Positions 1 to 10,499 of a stretch of DNA of 64,000 nt are shown here, one piece after another; position 1 is the first letter of the stretch, and every line of letters begins with the position of its first letter. The notes beneath the pieces are model-generated. The model saw only the letters and a program-made list of their open reading frames with translations, did no database searches and was not told where the DNA came from. The stretch is from NCBI GenBank assembly GCA_001949185.1, contig BDGG01000005.1, positions 434,001-498,000 of the forward strand, given 5' to 3'. Both the position numbers and the translations under genes were made by a program. This DNA is from Ramazzottius varieornatus (taxonomy: Eukaryota > Animalia > Tardigrada).

Positions 1-3000
1 AGTGGAGTCCATCGCAGCTTGGGACAGATTCAGGCCGGAAACGTTGACAGGCAGAACAGCCAGACCGGTGAAGAAGACTGTCTCAGTTCCGTTGGCTGTT
101 TGGACAAGTTCCTTACCTTGGAACTGCACGCTTAAGAGCAGCGTCTCGTTGAGGTTGCCCAGCTGTTGAGGACTTGATTCAGCAGCTGCTTCCGCATTCT
201 TCTCATTCGTTTTGTCTTCCTTCTTGGCTTCTTTCTTCTTCGACTTGTCCTTTTTGGACTTTTCCTTCTTCTCTTTGCTCTTCTCCTTCTTTTCTTCTTC
301 CTCATCATCATCATCCTCGTCGTCATCGGCATCACGTTTCTTTCGGGCAGCCGACAGGGAAGTGGTGGTGCTCCCGGTAGATGACGCTGTGGTTGTGGAA
401 CTTGTCGTGCTGGAGGTCGAGGCAGGAGTGGTAGTCGCGGTAGAAGCACTCGAAGTAATGTTCAAGAGGGTGGCGTTAACGAGGGAAATATTGGAGCTCA
501 GGAGAGTGCTTATCAGTGCCGAAGTTGGTATGGTCGACGCGAGGGCCAGTACGGTGCCATTGACGGTTTTCTCTTGCAGAGCCTCAGATGCACTCTGGAC
601 ATTGGACTGCCCAGCTGCTGTGGCATTGGACTGTTCAGCTGTCGAGGCGTTGGACTTAGAAGCAATGACGGTGATCTTCCCGACTGTCAACTTTCCGCTG
701 CTGGCCCTTTCGCCTTTCGCGGCAGCACTTCCGGCACTCTTCTGGGAACCCGAAGAACTATTGCTTTTTCCAGACTTTTTCGAGCTCTTGGCGTCTTTTC
801 CAGTGGCCGACTCTTCTTCAGCGGTGGCAGACTCTTCTTCTCCTTCTTCGCCGGCTGCCGACTTGTCCTTCGACGAACCTTCAGACTTTCCACTGCTAGA
901 ACCGTTTTTCCCGGACTTCCCTTTACCCGATTCCTCCCCGGCCTCTCCGTCTTCCTCTCCTTCCGAGGTCATGCTCTTACCCTTGGAGGAACTTTTGGAC
1001 TTTCCGCTGTATGATCCCTTCTTACTCTTCCCAGATTCTCCTCCGGCCTCTTCCTCGTCTTCATCACCTTCCGAAGACTTGTTCGAGCCCTTGTCCTTCG
1101 ATGAGCCCTTGGACTTTCCCCCTTCTTCCGATTTTCCACCGCCGGACTTGCCTTTTCCAGAGCTTTCCTCTTCCATTTCTCCGGACGATCCGCCCTTTCT
1201 GTCGGTCTTCTCGTCATTCCCACTCTTATCGCTGCTCTTGCCTTTGTCAGACTTCTTGTCAGATTCTTCTTCGCTGGACGAGTCGTCGGATCCGCCACCT
1301 GATTCACAGTGACATTTGTGTTTCTTGCCGTGATTAATGCTGTCTGTTTTAACCAAATAGTTTAAGTTAAGATACGTTATGGACAGACTGCAGTTTGGTA
1401 TATTTTGTTTCAATCGATTACGAAAAAGGTTAAAAAGGGAATTTCAGTTAAAAATGGCGAAATAAAGTTCTCACCTTTTTTGTCTTTCTTCTTCTCTTCC
1501 TCATCCTCTTCCTTCTCGCCATCTTTTGACTTCGAGCTTTCTTTCTTTTCGGGTTCACTCTTCTCCATCTTCTTTGACGACTTGGAACTTTCTTTCTCTT
1601 TCTTTTCAGGTTCGCTTTTCTCCATCTTCTTTGACGACTTCGAGCTAGATTCCTCCGACTCTTCCTCACCGCCTTTGGAGGCCTTCGTGCTGGCGGACTT
1701 TTTCGCTGGCTTTTCTTCTTCCGTAGCGACTGACTCTTCACTCTTCATCGCTGATTTCTTTGAGGACTTCTTTCCAGGCTTTTCATCTTCCTCCTTGACT
1801 GTGGACGACTTGGAAGCCTTACCCGCGCTTTTCTCTTCAACACCGGAGGACTTGGCATCCTTCTTAGAGTCTACGGCTTTCTCCTCCTTTGCTGAGGGCT
1901 CTTCTGCTGTTTCGGCTTCGGCCTTGGCGCCTTCGGAATCCTTGGAACTCTTCGCTTCGGATTTCTTCGCACTCTTCTTTTCAGGCTTCTCTTCGGCAGC
2001 AGCAGCACGTGTCAGACGCTTGAGGACTACAAGGAAACGCATTCGTCAACATATTTCACCTAATACAGTCAGTACGCAGTTGACGTGACGGTCGAAGAAG
2101 TACCACACGGACAATTTCCGACGAGTGAAAGCGATGGAACAACTGGGCCTTTGGGCCAACAGACAAGGAAGTGACGTTAGACTTCCGACAACACGACATA
2201 ACTCGTTCGACATAAACGGATTTTTCCTACTGTGGAGTGTAATAAGAAAGCTCACCGATTGCGCGGAAGCAATGTGAGTTAACGCACAGCGTTTTATTAT
2301 ATTGATTGGAGACGCCATTTAAAGTCTGGAACATGGAACGATTGCGGCAAGATTACACGACATACATCCATAAACATAAAACAGATGGTTGAAGTCAAGA
2401 ATGATGGTACTGATTGGAGGACTTACGAAAAGAGATTCACAGATTACATGGACAACATGGAAACAGCTGCCAAATATCCAATTACACATCTATCATAAAA
2501 CACGTAAAAGTTTTCTAGTTACCCATCTCTTGCTCATCATCCTCGTCAACGTCAGCTTGGGTGTCTGTAACGAAATAAGGAGGATTTAGTTTGATATTCA
2601 CGTGGAAGACAGGTTGATGTGCACAAAGGTTTGGGAAAAGATCATTTTCCCAAGTGACGCGCACGTTTAGCCAGTGACAACGGAAACGTGCGCCACTAGA
2701 GACAACGTCCCAAGTCCCAGATAAGTACAGGTGTTCTTACCCGTGGCATCACGTTGTTGACGCGGAGGCATTCCCTGCATGCCATTCTGGCCTCGTTGCA
2801 TCTGCATGCGAGGGTCGTTCATGTTCATCTGACCATTGCGCATGTTGGGAGGCGGTTGGAAGAACTGAGCGGGAAGTTCGTAGTCGGTCTCTTGGACGTT
2901 GACGGTACCGTTGAAGGCCGCCACGAAGATCTGTCCGTCGGTACTTTGGATGGCCATCTCGTAGATAACGGGAAGGGACTTCTTGTTGGCCCATGCTGCC

Positions 3001-4925
3001 AGGAGGGGAACTGCGGCGACGCTGTAACGTTGACCAATCTGTCCCTTGACGAGGATAGTGTCCAGCGACTGGGGAGCAATACAGCTGATGATCTTGGCCT
3101 GCTTGTCACCAGTGTTCTGCCATTGAACAACGGGGAAGGGAATACCGGCACGCAGAGCGAAGGCTTGGATTGGTCCGGCGTTGGCGCCAGCGGTGAATGT
3201 GATGATCACTACAAAGGGAAGAAAAGGTCCTGCTTAGCTCATTTTCCCCGAAAAGTCAACACAACTATTGTCTATCGGTCGTGATGCACGAAAAGTAGGT
3301 CGTCTTTTCATATAAGGATCTTTTGTGGTGGCCCTCCCAGAAACGGTGGTTTGATTCTGCACAGAATGGATTGTAGGTATTGGGTCTGAACGCCGGCAAA
3401 TGACTTCAGCACGATCGTTTCCCACGTGGCGCATGCTCTCGGCCAGTTACAATTAACGCGTGCGCTACTTCAGATGACAGCCATGTTCAGTTCATTTGCC
3501 GACATCAGAAAATCTTTTCTCTTTCTCCATTCTTTTCTGACAAAGCTCCGACATCGTACTGATAGTGAAACCTAAAGTCCGTTTTTTTTGGGGGGGGGGG
3601 GGTTTCCGTGCTTCCAAAGTTCTTTTGGACCTTTGCACGATACTGATCCATCATTTCTGGGAGATCGTTCACCGTGAATCACTCGACTGGGCTTGACTGA
3701 GCCAACAAAACAGACGCTCCTAAAGCAAATTCGGTTACATGTTCAAACCCTCACACCGTAAAGTAGTAAACTCGACATCTAAAACTGCCATCTAGTGTGT
3801 TTTACGTAACATAAAATCTGGCAGTATGGATGGAAGCTTGAAGGATTTCGAACCCGGAAGTGCTTCTGCCAATCAACAAACTTCAAATTAATCAAATCAA
3901 GCATTGAATGAGCGCTTTGCTAACAAATGGGGTCCTCGACCTCCAGCATGAGTCTGCTTTATAACCAATAATCCAAATCAGAAATCAAGTTTCTTTTCCA
4001 TAGTTTGCCATGAAACAGCCTGAGGAAATTTGTTGGTCAATCATTTGTTTCTAGAGAGGCGGGTAGATGTGCCACGCACCTTTGACGTGGAGTCTGACTT
4101 CACGCCATCGAAGTTTAGTAGGCCTTGGGTTCCACGCCGGCAACTTTGAGGCTTGTAGTCAGAGTTATCGGCGTGTGAGACTTTTCGTTCCGGTACAAAG
4201 AACAAGGTTAACACTTGGCACTGAAAAAACATCCGCTACTGGCAGCTTCAGTTTTGGTCTGAAAACCTGCATATTACCACAATCACGCAAACTCTTAAGC
4301 ATAAGGCATCACCAAACTAGTTAGATATTTCAGAAAAACCCCTCACCAAATAGACCGAATAAAGTATCAATGGAATCCAACAGAAATGGGGAGTGGGCGA
4401 GTGAATGGAACCAGATCGTTGTCTCAAACGGCGCACGTTTTCATGAGTATTGGCTAGAAGTGTGCGTCGCTTGGGAAAAAGGATTTGGTTCAAATTATTT
4501 GCGCGCAGCCCAAACACCACTGCAATTCCCAGCCCATTGGCTTTCTAAAAAGTTCTACCGTGTATCCGTCGTACTCTTGCTCTATGCTGGAAGAAGAACA
4601 TTCCTATGTATGCAATGCGGAAGCTTCGGTGGAAACAAAATTATTATTTCTTGAAGGAAAATTTTCCGAATAAGAGTTGCTTACTGTCAATGGGAGCTCC
4701 CTTGAAGGTCTTCTTATAATCCACGGTATCGGGACGTTGACGAGCTATCACGGTGAAATTGTACTGGCTGGGTCCTGTCGCCAGCTTTCCATCTCCAAAG
4801 GGCTTCTCGCATTCCACTGGAGGTCCTTGGTCAGTTCCTTGTCCTCCCCTCGAGTTCTGGTTGGTGGTGGGAGCTGCAAAAAGAGGCACTATCAGTCCGA
4901 GTAGAAGGAAGGCAAGACGAGCCAT
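1..4925 (-). CDS. Large secreted proprotein, 3' partial: signal peptide, divergent Reeler-like domain, Q/M-rich linker, K/E/S/D/G low-complexity tracts, S/T-rich glycosylated region
   Basis: Exons 4925-4685, 3208-2741, 2564-2523, 2026-1475 and 1298-<1. All four introns are GT-AG and phase 1, and the joined frame is open for 867 codons to the window edge. N-terminus MARLAFLLLGLIVPLFA is signal-like. RxxR motifs: RQQR/DA, RLTR/AA, RKKR/DA. Many N-x-S/T sequons. The Reeler call is from pattern memory only. Confidence 0.75.
2515..4925 (-). CDS. Predicted short (252 aa) isoform of the same gene, ending DTQADVDEDDEQEMGN*
   Basis: Read-through of the exon-3 donor (ATG G|GT AAC TAG) stops at 2517-2515. 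A minus-strand AATAAA lies at 2298-2293 within intron 3. Confidence 0.45.
2625..2715. mobile_element. Palindromic MITE family A copy (intron 2 of secreted gene)
   Basis: TTTTCCCAAGTGACGCGCACGTTT..AAACGTGCGCCACT. Boundaries approximate. Confidence 0.7.
3393..3505. mobile_element. MITE family A copy (intron 1 of secreted gene)
   Basis: CGGCAAATGA..GATCGTTTCCCACGTGGCGCATG..CGTGCGCTACTT..TCATTTGCCG. Confidence 0.7.
4395..4505. mobile_element. MITE family A copy (intron 1 of secreted gene)
   Basis: AGATCGTTGTCTCAAACGGCGCACGTTTT..AAGTGTGCGTCGCTTGGGAAAA. Confidence 0.65.
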
Positions 4926-5191
4926 GTTGACGGATATCCTAAATGCAGGAGGAAAAATCAGTTTAAATTTCAGAGGAACGTGGAAAATCCGAATGGCAGA
5001 ACTTTTCAAGACTGAGCAAAATCTCAGACGAGTTTGAGCTTGAGATGGAACTTGTCTTTTGTACCCTTTCTGACGCTACGTTGTCCAGCCTATCATGAAA
5101 TCATTCTTGTCGAAAAACACGCCCAAAAGTACGTACATGTAAATATCCGCGTTCACGGCACACTCGTGTTGAGTCACTGTCTTGTCTGATG

Positions 5192-6213
5192 TAGAGCCCT
5201 GCAGCAGTCGCTGAAACCAGTGCTGCTTCTGCACTGCATCCGGTTTCCAGAAACTGCAACTGCACTGCACTGCATTTAAAAATTAAGACTTTCTGCCCAC
5301 CAACGAAAATACATGTCAAACACAACGTAAACGTCGTTGTTTTACGGAGATTAAACGGAAAAACGGTAGAATCCAGTGCTATTTTAATGATTGTAATAGA
5401 TAATTGAAAATGGCCGAAAACCGGCTTTTAAATTTTACTATCATAATTAAAATTGCCAAACCCAGCCGACGGATTTTACTATATAGTAAATATAGTAAAA
5501 TTGGCTGGATGTTGGAATAGTAAAATAGCTAATTAAAATTAAACCAAACTGCAATTAAAACGGGACCGAAATGCGGAAAGGTGGTTGAAACTGCGCAATC
5601 GATGGTATTTTCTGCATCTTTTCTACTGTTTGACATTAGGCAACATCCGCGAAACGTATCCTAGGTACTGCGTACAAGCTCAGTTTGCACACCGGGTTGT
5701 GGAAAATGAGCTGCGCACCACATAGTTTCGTTCTGGCGCACGGCGAATTGTGCGTTTTGTTATGCTGCGGTGCATTGATTCCACGACTAAAGAGCTAACA
5801 GTGCGCCAGCATAGCGCGAAACGTGCCAGTTTCCATCGCCCCGCAAGTAAAATAATAGAAATTGCTGCTGCTAACATAAGTAAAATTAATAGGTAATAGA
5901 CAATTCTACGAGAACCGTTTCCTGCAATCAAAATTATGAAGCCTGGTTGAGTTTTAATGGTCGTAATAGGAAATAAAATTCCAAAAGTCATAGTAAAATA
6001 ACACTGGTATAATCCGGCCAGAAAATGCAAAAAAAGCCGATTTTACTACTGTTTTCTAGCCCACAACAGTATACTGCGATGAAAGGTGCTCACTTTTTCG
6101 AAACTGCAACTGCACTACAACTGCATTTTCTCACCATTTCGGCGACTGCAACTGCACTGTATTGCAGTAAAATGCAGTGCAGTGCAGAACGTGCTGCATG
6201 TTGCAGGGCTCTA
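5192..6213. mobile_element. Non-autonomous hAT-superfamily DNA transposon (1022 bp)
   Basis: TIR TAGAGCCCTGCA at 5192 and TGCAGGGCTCTA ending 6213. Perfect 8-bp TSD GTCTGATG at 5184-5191 and 6214-6221. Subterminal ACTGCA repeats at both ends, AT-rich interior, no transposase ORF. Confidence 0.9.
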
Positions 6214-6769
6214 GTCTGATGGAACGGAAATTCCGAAAAACTAATAATTTGAAATCCATATTCGTTTGAGATTTGAGATTTTCGCCTGTGTTGAGTTTTA
6301 CTGCATTCATAAAGATGGCTTTGTTTACAGTTTAGGTAAGGAAAACATCCGGTTTGCTTTTGGCTTTTCCATCGTTGAACCAGCACAGCTGCGCGGTGTT
6401 CAATTCGTTCTGTTTCGTCACTTTCGACGAATCCGCCAAATGTTTATGGGAATTAACCGGAACGTCGTTCGACTCTTCCGATAAACACGTCTGAAAAGTT
6501 ATATGTGCGACGATAATATGATTTCGATTGATCGTAAAATCATTGCGCAAAAAAACTGGCACGGCATAAACCAGTTTCTCATCGGGAAATACTGTAGTGC
6601 TTTGAATTCCTCTAAGCGGTGTAGTACACCCAGCGACGAGCCAACTGATTTTAAGGAAACACGAAGGCGATCGTAGGAAGAGCCGACAGACGAAGATCAG
6701 AAAGTCATTTGTGGCTAATTGTAAAAAAACCAAATCAGAAGGTTCTAGGCGAAAGTTCTATTCATGCTA

Positions 6770-9700
6770 TTAAATAAGGACACCAGCCACATCGAATGTG
6801 AGTGGATGAGCGTTGAAATGGGAACCGAAAGAGAAACAGTTTCCACCGCCACCCATAATCCATATTCTCGAGCTGCCATCCTCTCCTGTGAGCAGGTTGC
6901 TCGTATGGTTGAACAGCATGTAATCCGACCTCTACAAAAATAAGCGTAGCTAACTTTGTCCACTCTTCTTATACCGTAGGTTAAGGTAGACGTACCTGAG
7001 AGTTGGGGGGAAGGTCGAGAGTGAAATGCCGCTGTTCCTTGCTGCTTAGGTCGAGCACAGCGACGTCAGGAAGCTCTTCCGTCAAATGGCTTACTCCACC
7101 AACAAGCACCAGGAACCTGTCATCCACCACGTGACTTGTATGGCCAAATCTTGGGTAGGCCAAGTCACACAAGGAAGTCCACTCCTCTCCATCGTAGACC
7201 TGAACCGCAGAGATCGCCGCACCCTCTTGCCAACCTCCCGACAAGAGGACCTTGATCGATCCCCATCGTGTAATGGAGCTCAGACGAGCAGGATGGTTGA
7301 AGCTCAGTGGAATCTACAAAGCACCCCTTGATCCAACCATCATCCAATCATCTTACGAAAGGACATTGGTGATGTGGGTCAAGATGCCAACCTGAGTAAT
7401 GCCGACCCCGTCACGCGTGAGATCGCATTTGAAGTAGTCCATCAAGGAGCCCTCTTCTTCCCTTTGGCTACTTTGAACTGCCAGGGAAACGTCCCCTGCG
7501 GATGAGGTCTTTCTGTTCATCACTTTCGAGCAACAGCAGCTTGGGAAATGGAGTCCACATGAAAGAATTCAAGATACCCGGGCTCACCTTCGAGAAGATC
7601 GACTGTCTGGCATCTGATACATCCCGATTCAGAGTTTAACAGAGCGCGTTTCTCTCCCTTCTGCACGGAGAAAGTTATCTTACCCGACAACGCGTCTATG
7701 CCGAAATCCAACGCGTAAAAACTGGTGTTGGGTTTCCCGGGCGAAGTCCGACCGCCCACGACTATCAGACAGTTCTCCACCTGTCGGCTCCTCATGATAC
7801 TATGATGTACCAAAGGACCTGCAGCCAGACAAAACATGCTAGATTCTCACTTAGACTTCCACAACGTCCAAAGGTTAACTTAAGTTTCAGTGAGCCGTCT
7901 AATACAGATGTCGGAAGCCAAACTGCTGCCGTCTCCAAACCAACTTCAACCGAGTCACAGATTCCGGAAGTACTTTCATTCGTCAGTGCTTTGGGTTCGC
8001 CAGTTGCACAGATGCCTCCGATGATTATGACGGCGCGAAGTACTGTTCCGTCTGGAGCAGGAAGGTTCACGACGGCCGAGGCGTGGCCGTACAGAGGGAA
8101 GTACCCTGACATGACAGTCGTGGCGATGGATGAAACGGAAGCCTTGACCGGATTTTGAATAGACTGATACTTCCGGAGGAAGGTCTGTGAAAACGACCCA
8201 TTGGCTGCCAGAGCAATCACATAGTGACGGCACTTCTCCACAAACTCTTCGTGCTCGTCAAACGGTTCGAGAGTGTCGACTCGTTTCCTTTCTTCGACAG
8301 TGATGAAACGATGCCAAAACTCACTGACGGACAATGCAACACTCGAAGTCCAGCCCTGTAATCCCAACGCGTTGTTCAACTTCTGACGAAAGAGAACCAA
8401 ACAAACTAAATGGAACTCATCTTGTACCGTGCTATTAAAACGACGCTGGTGGGAATCAGCCGAAACATACTTTGGCACATTCATCAGCGGTGTGCCTTGT
8501 TTGGTAAAGTGTTTCATCCTGTTAAGAAAAGCAGTGATTACGAGCACAGTTCCGTTTGGTACAGACAAGAGTCATGCTGAGCTACTTGCATCTCTTACAT
8601 GATAACTCCGAATGGATCATTGGGCTGAATCTGTTCGTAATTCAATGACACCGAACTGGGAAAGGTTTCCGAACAAGCCGAGAGTATCCGTAGGACACTG
8701 AAATAGGCACCTTGACAGGTTACAACTAGTGCGCACTGATAGGTGTCTAGTTGCGTGAAAGCACTGCGGACCTACTGATTATCCTCAAGGTAGGTCAGGA
8801 CGACTTCCGACAGGATGAAAGTTGGTACGAACCGGTCGATGTTCAGCTCTGTACAGAGAGCAGTAAAGTCCGCGTTCTCCCGTAAGTCCATTCCAACCAG
8901 TAAGTATTTCCCCTTCGCCGAACTGTTGATCACACATGGTGGATTTTGTGAGATTCGTGGCTCGGAGAATCCTTTGAGGAGAGAAAGCATCTTGTCTTTG
9001 GACTGAATATTTGAAAGCTTGTTGCGGACTACATCTTCGAAGTCAATCTACAATAAAGATTTGCGTCAAGTACAACCTAAGTACCATAGTGCTTTACAGC
9101 ACTATGGTACTTCGATATGCTGTAAAGCACTATGGTACTTCGATATAGCGAAGATCCAGTTGGTCCATGGTATCACGTTGAGACGAATGCAGACGGAAGA
9201 ACAGAGTATCATATCCAGCTCCCAAAACAACAATCTAGAAACGACCACTGATGCTTCTTGACGTTAGAGTTGTTGTTAGACCAAATATCGAAAAACGTCG
9301 TTTCACAGTCAGACCTACATTGACCATAGGGCGTGGAACATTGCTGCATTCTCCATTTATGCTGGAGCGTGAAGCTTCCGCCAGAAAGTCCAGCAAGATA
9401 GTTTGAATCGACTTTTCCCTCACGTAGTACCCTCTACCAACAAACCCATCAGTAAACGGCAGTAAGTCGGGCAAGTCGCGAAGAAGAACAACGACAGATC
9501 AGCCGACTGTTTAACCTGTTGATGAGAGGCGTACGGCGGGCCTTCTTCGCGACGAAATGCTCCATGAACTCGTCGGTAACGTATCCCGCTGCCGCCGTAG
9601 AGCACTTGCTGACACTACTGTAGTCGTTTGTCTTCTGCACCTGATGGAAGAAAACAAAAATGGTTTATGGTTATTCCGGAATACAGTATACGGAACATGC

Positions 9701-9850
9701 AGTCACTTCATATAGACGATATAAATAAGCTACAGCCTATACAGTATGTTGCCCGATGCGATCGGGTACGGAACGGTACAACAGGACAGCAAGTCTCCAG
9801 TTCCGCACCTGCTTGTCTGTATGTGCAGAAGATGTAGATGTTAACACCAT
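6770..9850 (-). CDS. LCMT2: tRNA wybutosine-synthesizing protein 4 / leucine carboxyl methyltransferase 2 (LCM domain + Kelch repeats), multi-exon
   Basis: VQKTNDYSSVSK..RRTPLINRGYYVR, VLGAGYDTLFF, LSEVVLTYL, HEEFVEKCRHY, Kelch-like VVGGRTSP and RFGHTS, and C-terminal GGGGNCFSFGSHFN. The start codon is less certain. Confidence 0.9.
9079..9146. repeat. Perfect 23-bp inverted repeat plus 21-bp direct repeat over an LCMT2 5' splice site (MITE family B-like)
   Basis: 9079-9101 is the exact reverse complement of 9118-9140. 9098-9118 is identical to 9126-9146. Confidence 0.9.
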
Positions 9851-10499
9851 GGCGCTGCTCCCGTGCTCGCGTACTGGGGGTTAGAAGCGGCTCTGATGAC
9901 GACCTCCGTGTTACTCCAGTCCACTCGCATCGGCTGCTATTCGGCTGGCCAATGTCCGCGATGTGCCGGGTACGCTACAAACACATTCTGCAGACCCGGC
10001 TCCGGATCTCCATCGAGTAAATTCCACGGTTACGGTGCTGGCACAACTGGTTCTCCTTTCCTTCGGGTTCTTCTACGTGTACTGTGCTAAAACGATGATA
10101 AGAGAGATCGGCAATAAAAACAAAAACATCGCAGTGACCTCAGCCAGTCGGCCCTGTCGTCGTGGAGCCCCTGAGAGTATCAAGGGGGCCCGCCAGTGGT
10201 AGCCTGGAGTTTGCGATAATTTGGTTAGAATGGTATTCCCGATTGATTACTGATACTTGATTGACTTGACGATATTGGTGTTTATTTTCCGTTTTGCCAC
10301 TTTCGAGCCATTCTGCGACTGCGAGGAGATCATCCAGAACCAGAAAAACTTCCTGGAACGAGTAACGCTGTCAGTTCATACAGGTATAGCGTGTCAGTCG
10401 GGACAGCGTGACGGTGGACTTTGAGAGCGGGATCGTTGCTGCGGATCTGGGACTGTCGGTTGGGTGCTGACTTCCGTCGTTGGGACGAACCCTTCATTC

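Noticed and set aside
1-2026. Possible Dsup, CAHS or LEA-type tardigrade protectant
   Set aside because: Only compositional similarity. There is no HMGN-like RRSSR motif and no recognisable CAHS or LEA repeat, and the model carries a signal peptide.
212-2088. Long plus-strand S/F/L-rich ORFs (366 aa and 227 aa)
   Set aside because: Antisense shadows of the K/E/S-rich minus-strand exons. Their ends coincide with those exons' splice sites.
3582-3602. T8-G13 homopolymer (also a G run near 57933)
   Set aside because: Simple intronic homopolymers with no further structure.
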